Below the pieces are notes generated by a model, which made no database searches, was not told where the DNA came from, and saw nothing but the letters and a program-made list of their open reading frames with translations. A stretch of DNA of 8,796 bases, from IMG/VR virus record IMGVR_UViG_2693429555_000008; one strand, given 5' to 3'. Positions 4,145-8,796 of this stretch are shown here, piece by piece. A program made the translations under genes and the position numbers. Position 1 is the first letter of the stretch. Each line of letters starts with the position of its first letter. The stretch comes from a virus (Duplodnaviria > Heunggongvirae > Uroviricota > Caudoviricetes).

Positions 4145-6943
4145 ATGTGGGGAAGTGAAAACAAACAAAATCTGGACGTACTGGATCCTGTGCAGTTGGT
4201 GCGTATCGAAGCGGTACACCGGGGGTTCCTTTACCAGCATCTTTACGCTGTAGGCTGCTTACTTTTGGCGCAGAGGGCAGCTATGGACTCAGTAACTGTC
4301 GAGCTTGATGAGGATATTGAGCTGAAATCCAAACAGGAACGTCTCTACATTCAGGTTAAAACCCGTTCAAAACCTATTATGCCCAACGATGTGTCGGGGG
4401 CTCTGGAGCGATTTGTAAAGCTCAGAAATGAGCATACTTCGGCAAACCGCGAAGGGGTGGCTTCTTTTGTGATTATTGTAAACCAGGCGCCTGGACCGCT
4501 GCTTCAGAAGATGATTGACGATAAAAAGCTTCCTTCTGATGTTCTTATTGTCTGGCCCCAGTCGACAGCTGGACGTCACCCGGCACTTCCGCCCGCATGG
4601 AGTACTCTGGCTGATGCGGCCACATGGTGTATCGCAGAAGCAGAAAAGCTGAAATTTTCACTATTGTCCCCAGAATCCTTGATTTGGAAGTTAGCAGGAT
4701 TGGTTCAGCTTGCCGCCACCGGAGGCGATACCAATGGACAACATACGTTTTTCACGGAAGAACTTACTGAACTATTTGAACAGTTGATCGTTCAGCTACA
4801 GGACTTTCCTGCACCACCAGCACTGTACCGCCCACAGAACGAAGAACCTTCTCTCACATCTGGTGAGCGGATCCGTATCCTTTGTGGACTCTCAGGTGCA
4901 GGCAAGACAGCTTGGGCCGCACAGGCCGCATTACACTCCACTGCACTTTGTGCTTATTACGACACCGGTGATCTTCCCGGTCCAGCTCTGGCCAGTACGC
5001 TGGTGCGCGAGATGGCTGCTAGATTTACAGCCCGTGACCAAGACGGTTTGCGCAGGATTTTGCTCCCCGGTGCCAGTGGTTTTGAGGCTCTTAGGAGTTT
5101 TGATACCTACCTGAAAGAGCAGGGTACCACCTTGGTGCTGGTTCTGGATAACGCCCATCGTGTACCTGCGGAAAATCTACTGGATGTTCTGAATGCAACT
5201 ACACATATTCGTTTTGTGCTGTTGTGCCAGCCTCACGAAAACGTTCGCGAACTGGAGGTCATGACGGGGCTACAGCGCGAGGGCCTGCAGGGATGGAATC
5301 TCGATACGGTAGCTGTCGTTGTAAACGATATCGGAGGATTTGCCACCGCTATGGGATACGAGCAGCTACGGGCTTACACTGGTGGTCTTCCCCTGTATGT
5401 AGAGAGCGCCGCAAAAATCGCCGTTTCTGATTATGAGCGTAATGTCGATGCTCTGTGTGCTGAACTCCAGCAACAAACCCATACTGCGGAAACCGCCCAA
5501 GAAATTATTCTGTCACGTGTATTTCAGGGATTTGAATCACTACTTCAGAGCGCGCTGGCATTGTTCAGTCTCTCTGACGTAGGGCTGAGTCGCGAAGAGA
5601 TTTCTACGCTCCTAATCAATTCGCTGAACATTTCACCAAGCAGTGCTGCTTCTTTAATTAGGAAAATGCGCGCTACTGGCACTATTGAAATTTATGGAAA
5701 CCAGACCCTGAAGGTACATGATGCTGTCAGGGGGCTAGGACTGCAACATCTGGAACTGATGGATCAGGGTATATCGAACAAAGCGCTACTAGCGCTGAAA
5801 GACCTTTTAGTTGAAAGTCTTCATAATACCCGCAATACAAAACGGTTATCGTTGTTGACTCAACTTTATATTAAGCTCAATGATGTCACGACGTTGATCG
5901 AACTCTCAGGCCAAGAAATGTTTTATGAGATGGGCGTGACGGTCGACATTCTTGCAAGCTTGGAGCGTGCTGCAACATCGGACTTATTGGGACCTGTTCA
6001 TAAATTCTGGGCATTGGATGGCCTTGTTTTCGTTGAGCTTAAAGACGGAATATCCGACCACATTGCTCAGAGGTTAAACATCATGGGAGCTTTACTTGCG
6101 GAGCACAAGTTCGGCTATCAAGAAGAGATGGCCTATGCAATGAAACGAATGTTATTTTCGGCAGAAAGCAATGATGCACGAGAAGTTCAAAAGCTGGCAC
6201 AGGAAGTCCGCCCCCAACTCCCAGATGAAGAACATAAACGCATCTTTGACTACAACCATGCCATTGCACTCTGGAGATTAAAAAAACTCAAGGATGCTGA
6301 AACATTAAGCTGTAATGTTATACAAGGGTACTATTCTTTATTTGGTATCACACCTGCTGATGTCATAGGAAAAAACGCCGACGCATTATGGAAAACTATT
6401 AATCATTCCGAAAATATGCAGGAACACTTTAAACATATGGCTGATGCTCTGGAGTTGCTGGCCAGAATTCGTGATGCGCAGGGAAAACTGTCACCATTAC
6501 TGCGTATTCATTCGATGAAGTTCTACAATCTGGCCATGGCCCCGGAATCCATGGTCAGGGTGGGCCAAGATCTGGCGGATGAGTTTGTTGCCATAAAGGA
6601 TTACGACGGTGCCAAGGAAGTCATGGAGCAACATGTCCTGCCGGTTGTCAATGAGGCAGGTCTAGTACATCGACTGATTCAGGTTCGAAGCCAATACGCA
6701 GTCATATTAGCACTATCGGGTCAGCATAAAGCAGCTGATGTCGAAATGCAGCGCCTTGCTCCCTATATCGAAGGCCTCACAGGTGTACAGCGTCAAGAAA
6801 TCCAAAATCAATCAAATTACATCGTACAGCTTGCCCATAAAGCAGCAAAGACTAAATTAACTGAAGTTTTTGGTGCGGTCGGCCGGAATGAACAATGCCC
6901 CTGTGGCTCGGGAATAAAGTACAAAAAATGTCACGGTGCCTGA
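4145..6943 (+). CDS. STAND/NB-ARC-like P-loop NTPase, 932 aa, with nuclease-like N-terminal domain, helical C-terminal region and terminal SEC-C zinc motif; candidate anti-phage defence protein
   Basis: Uninterrupted 2.8-kb ORF with its own Shine-Dalgarno. Walker A GLSGAGKT (4886..4909); Walker B-like LVLVLDNAH (5132..5158); HIRFVLLCQPHE resembling an NB-ARC RNBS-B/TTR motif; GGLPLYV resembling the GLPL motif (5381..5398); C-terminal CPCGSGIKYKKCHG (6896..6937) matching the SEC-C metal-binding motif. N-terminal GFLYQHLY and D/E-rich strand followed by QVK are compatible with a PD-(D/E)xK fold. GC content looks lower than in the flanking phage genes. Confidence 0.9.
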   Translation: MWGSENKQNLDVLDPVQLVRIEAVHRGFLYQHLYAVGCLLLAQRAAMDSVTVELDEDIELKSKQERLYIQVKTRSKPIMPNDVSGALERFVKLRNEHTSANREGVASFVIIVNQAPGPLLQKMIDDKKLPSDVLIVWPQSTAGRHPALPPAWSTLADAATWCIAEAEKLKFSLLSPESLIWKLAGLVQLAATGGDTNGQHTFFTEELTELFEQLIVQLQDFPAPPALYRPQNEEPSLTSGERIRILCGLSGAGKTAWAAQAALHSTALCAYYDTGDLPGPALASTLVREMAARFTARDQDGLRRILLPGASGFEALRSFDTYLKEQGTTLVLVLDNAHRVPAENLLDVLNATTHIRFVLLCQPHENVRELEVMTGLQREGLQGWNLDTVAVVVNDIGGFATAMGYEQLRAYTGGLPLYVESAAKIAVSDYERNVDALCAELQQQTHTAETAQEIILSRVFQGFESLLQSALALFSLSDVGLSREEISTLLINSLNISPSSAASLIRKMRATGTIEIYGNQTLKVHDAVRGLGLQHLELMDQGISNKALLALKDLLVESLHNTRNTKRLSLLTQLYIKLNDVTTLIELSGQEMFYEMGVTVDILASLERAATSDLLGPVHKFWALDGLVFVELKDGISDHIAQRLNIMGALLAEHKFGYQEEMAYAMKRMLFSAESNDAREVQKLAQEVRPQLPDEEHKRIFDYNHAIALWRLKKLKDAETLSCNVIQGYYSLFGITPADVIGKNADALWKTINHSENMQEHFKHMADALELLARIRDAQGKLSPLLRIHSMKFYNLAMAPESMVRVGQDLADEFVAIKDYDGAKEVMEQHVLPVVNEAGLVHRLIQVRSQYAVILALSGQHKAADVEMQRLAPYIEGLTGVQRQEIQNQSNYIVQLAHKAAKTKLTEVFGAVGRNEQCPCGSGIKYKKCHGA

Positions 6944-7016
6944 GTCTTTGTACGACCATGCGGGCCTTATTGTCTTGCTATTGCTCTTATGGTTCGCCTT
7001 TCTGATTGATTTCATA

Positions 7017-7045
7017 TTGGCGAGGTGACGGGAGTTAAGTAGAAT
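7017..7045 (+). promoter_or_regulatory. Candidate hok/mok mRNA promoter (-35 TTGGCG 7017..7022, -10 TAGAAT 7040..7045)
   Basis: 17-bp spacer. The predicted start near 7052 would give a ~110-nt leader and a ~420-nt transcript ending at the terminator 7445..7471, the size expected for hok-family mRNAs. Confidence 0.35.
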
Positions 7046-7098
7046 GGCTGCGGGTGCTTGAGGCTATCTGTCTCAGGCATGAACACCAAAGGCAGATA

Positions 7099-7172
7099 GA
7101 GAAAAGCCCCAGTTAACATTACGCGTCCTGCAAGACGCTTAACATTAATCTGAGGCTCAATCTATGAACGGC
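7099..7172 (-). ncRNA. sok: Candidate Sok-like antisense RNA
   Basis: Minus-strand promoter -35 TTGCCT (rc of 7202..7207) and -10 TAACCT (rc of 7179..7184), 17-bp spacer, start near 7172. The transcript would be complementary to the mok Shine-Dalgarno and start codon (7152..7166), contain hairpin GCGTC-CTGCAA-GACGC (7123..7138) and end in a U-rich tract (rc of 7099..7105). Boundaries are approximate. Confidence 0.35.
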
Positions 7173-7376
7173 AAATCTAGGTTAGCCTCTTACGTGCCGA
7201 AAGGCAAGGAGAAGCAGGCTATGAAGCAGCAAAAGGCGATGTTAATCGTCCTGATCGTCATCTGTTTAACCGTCATAGTGACGGCACTGGTAACGAGGAA
7301 AGACCTCTGCGAGGTACGAATCCGAACCGGCCAGACGGAGGTCGCTGTCTTCACAGCTTACGAACCTGAGGAGTAA
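7164..7376 (+). CDS. mok: Mok-like reading frame (70 aa), an in-frame N-terminal extension of hok
   Basis: ATG 7164 with GAGG Shine-Dalgarno 8 nt upstream; in frame with hok and sharing its stop, as I recall for chromosomal mokC/hokC. Its start region is the predicted Sok target. Confidence 0.5.
   Translation: MNGKSRLASYVPKGKEKQAMKQQKAMLIVLIVICLTVIVTALVTRKDLCEVRIRTGQTEVAVFTAYEPEE
7221..7376 (+). CDS. hok: Hok/Gef-family type I toxin (51 aa membrane peptide), HokD/RelF-like
   Basis: Translation MKQQKAMLIVLIVICLTVIVTALVTRKDLCEVRIRTGQTEVAVFTAYEPEE is nearly identical to the E. coli HokD/RelF sequence as I recall it; hydrophobic transmembrane helix followed by the conserved RKDLCEV...GQTEVAVF core. 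Confidence 0.9.
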   Translation: MKQQKAMLIVLIVICLTVIVTALVTRKDLCEVRIRTGQTEVAVFTAYEPEE

Positions 7377-7444
7377 GAGATCAGGCGGGGGAGAAATCCC
7401 TCGCCACCTCTGATGTGTCAGGCATCCTCAATGCACCCGCACTT

Positions 7445-7471
7445 AACCCGCTTCGGCGGGTTTTGTTTTTT
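7445..7471 (+). terminator. Intrinsic terminator of the hok transcript
   Basis: Stem AACCCGC (7445..7451), loop TTCG, stem GCGGGTT (7456..7462), then TTTTGTTTTTT to 7471. Confidence 0.7.
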
Positions 7472-7543
7472 CCTGGCATTCTGGTTTACAATTCGCACGC
7501 CAGCCTGAACAACTGGCACCTGCTGCGCCAGCAGAGACAACCG

Positions 7544-7822
7544 ATGGCGCACGATACCAAATTACACAATTCTAATGATTCTGCTGTCTTTGCCAGCAGG
7601 TGCGGACGGCGTTTTCACGCATTCACATCAGACTGGTTCCAGCATCCTCCATGCACTGAAGAGCAGGCTGAATGGATAATTCAGTGTTACCGCAGGCGTG
7701 GATACGAGGTTAAGAAAGCTCTTAGTCTCGACTATCGTCACTGGATAATCTCAGTCAGACTCCCTTACTCCGAACGCCCACCGCGTCCGTCCCGCACATT
7801 CCAGCAACGCATCTGGAGGTAA
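7544..7822 (+). CDS. Hypothetical 92-aa protein, paralog copy 1 (Cys/His/Arg/Trp-rich; Rem-like position after hok)
   Basis: Track ORF 7415..7822 contains the hok terminator, so the start is placed at ATG 7544 (MAHDTKLHNSND...WFQHPPCTEEQAEWIIQCYRRRGYEV...). Near-identical to the 8145..8423 product over the C-terminal ~65 residues. In the Qin prophage hokD is followed by rem then ydfU; assignment is by synteny only. Confidence 0.55.
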   Translation: MAHDTKLHNSNDSAVFASRCGRRFHAFTSDWFQHPPCTEEQAEWIIQCYRRRGYEVKKALSLDYRHWIISVRLPYSERPPRPSRTFQQRIWR

Positions 7823-8039
7823 CGTGCGGGTATTACTTCGACCTGTTCTGGTACCGGAACTCGGGCTGGTGATCGTTAAGCCGGGCCGTGAATCCATGCC
7901 GGTATTCCACAATACCCGGGTACTGGTGGAGCCGGAACCGAAAAGCATGCGTAATCTGCCGTCCGGGGTCGTTCCTGCCGTTCGCCAGCCGCTGGTGGAA
8001 GACAAAACATTGCTGCCGTTTTTCAGTAACGCACGGGTA
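7616..8039. repeat. Tandem direct repeat, unit A (424 bp, ~95% identical to unit B)
   Basis: Base-by-base comparison with 8217..8640, offset exactly 601 bp, with a handful of substitutions. Confidence 0.85.
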
Positions 8040-8078
8040 GGAATAAAAGCAGGCTTTTCAGCTTTTGCAGAAGAATAA
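7824..8078 (+). pseudogene. Truncated copy of the downstream Cys/His-rich gene (DUF968/YdfU-like?), 84 codons
   Basis: GTG 7824 two nt after the upstream stop, with GGAGG Shine-Dalgarno. The first ~72 codons (MRVLLRPVLVPELG...FFSNARV) are near-identical to the 8425 gene; the sequence then diverges at 8040 and terminates (…GIKAGFSAFAEE), at the end of duplicated unit A. Confidence 0.5.
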
Positions 8079-8144
8079 ACTCATCTACAATCTTGCGCGG
8101 GGCTGAACTCCCGCTGAGTAACACCGTGCCACCGGAGAAAACCG

Positions 8145-8423
8145 ATGGCACGCAACGTAAAATATTACAATTCTGATAATTCGCCCGTTCTTGCCTGCAC
8201 GCACGAGCGGTATTCTCACGCATTCAAGTCTGAATGGTTCCAGCACCCTCCATGCACTGAAGAGCAGGCGGAATGGATAATTCAGTGTTACCGCAGGCGC
8301 GGATACGAGGTTAAGAAAGCTCTTAGTCTCGACTACCGTCACTGGATAATCTCAGTCAGATTGCCTAACTCCGAACGCCCACCGCGTCCGTCCCGTACAT
8401 TCCAGCAACGCATCTGGAGGTAA
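8145..8423 (+). CDS. Hypothetical 92-aa protein, paralog copy 2
   Basis: ATG 8145 with GGAGA Shine-Dalgarno (8134..8138); MARNVKYYNSDNSPVLACTHERYSHAFKSEWFQHPPCTEEQ.... The N-terminal ~25 residues differ from copy 1; the rest is near-identical. Confidence 0.6.
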   Translation: MARNVKYYNSDNSPVLACTHERYSHAFKSEWFQHPPCTEEQAEWIIQCYRRRGYEVKKALSLDYRHWIISVRLPNSERPPRPSRTFQQRIWR

Positions 8424-8640
8424 CGTGCGGGTATTACTTCGACCTGTTCTGGTACCGGAACTCGGGATGGTGGTCGTTAAGCCGGGCCGTGAATCCATGC
8501 CGGTATTCCACAATACCCGGGTACTGGTGGAGCCGGAACCGAAAAGCATGCGTAATCTGCCGTCCGGGGTCGTTCCTGCCGTTCGCCAGCCGCTGGTGGA
8601 AGACAAAACATTGCTGCCGTTTTTCAGTAACGCACGGGTA
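8217..8640. repeat. Tandem direct repeat, unit B
   Basis: See unit A. Confidence 0.85.
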
Positions 8641-8796
8641 ATTCGTGCTGCTGGTGGTGCTGGTGCATTGTCTGACTGGCTGTTGTGCCATATTAAATCC
8701 TGCCAGTGGCCACACGGCGATTATCATCACAGCGAAACCGTCATTCACCGTTATGGTACCGGCGCAATGGTGTTGTGCTGGCACTGCGACAACCAG
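8425..8796 (+). CDS. Cys/His-rich phage protein, 5' part (DUF968/YdfU-like?), continues beyond the window
   Basis: GTG 8425 translationally coupled to the upstream gene (GGAGG 8416..8420); open to the window end (124 codons). ...IRAAGGAGALSDWLLCHIKSCQWPHGDYHHSETVIHRYGTGAMVLCWHCDNQ contains C/H clusters suggesting a metal-binding domain. Confidence 0.6.
   Translation, partial: MRVLLRPVLVPELGMVVVKPGRESMPVFHNTRVLVEPEPKSMRNLPSGVVPAVRQPLVEDKTLLPFFSNARVIRAAGGAGALSDWLLCHIKSCQWPHGDYHHSETVIHRYGTGAMVLCWHCDNQ

Noticed and set aside
4367-6269. Short ORFs nested in the 932-aa gene (4367..4579 -, 4863..5114 +, 4931..5158 -, 5224..5430 +, 6081..6269 -)
   Set aside because: Completely contained within a long ORF that has coherent protein motifs; none has a ribosome-binding site.
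7061-7110. Inverted repeat CTATCTG...CAGATAG after the large gene, considered as its terminator
   Set aside because: 7-bp stem with a ~22-nt loop and no U-run on the plus strand; the region is better explained as the hok leader and sok 3' end.
7415-7543. Upstream extension of the first 92-aa gene (track start 7415)
   Set aside because: The extension contains the strong intrinsic terminator at 7445..7471, and the paralog at 8145 begins at the position equivalent to 7544.
7751-8784. Minus-strand ORFs inside the tandem repeat and the last gene (7751..8005, 8023..8223, 8085..8342, 8352..8606, 8434..8784)
   Set aside because: Two of them are simply the duplicated antisense frame of the repeat; all are antisense to Shine-Dalgarno-led, translationally coupled plus-strand genes.

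Overview
This window looks like the immunity/early region of a lambdoid (Rac/Qin-like) enterobacterial prophage. Left to right: a leftward operon of three small genes (51, 42 and 72 aa; ydfA/ydfB/ydfC-like), a leftward DicA/RacR-type HTH repressor flanked on both sides by pairs of TACCCATGGGTA-like operator palindromes, a rightward Cro-like (YdaS-family) gene and a YdaT-like gene, a replication initiator gene that carries two internal GTCACG iteron arrays and is split by a +1 frame change, and a small winged-helix-like ORF. An AT-rich junction then precedes a 932-aa single-gene insertion encoding a STAND/NB-ARC-like P-loop NTPase with a nuclease-like N-terminus and a C-terminal SEC-C zinc motif; this is my top candidate for an undescribed anti-phage defence gene. 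Downstream are a complete hok/mok/sok type I toxin-antitoxin module with its terminator, and a ~0.6-kb tandem duplication carrying two 92-aa paralogs plus a truncated and a full-length (running off the window) copy of a Cys/His-rich gene. No rRNA, tRNA or CRISPR array was seen. All family assignments come from reading motifs and from recall; no database search or computation was run.
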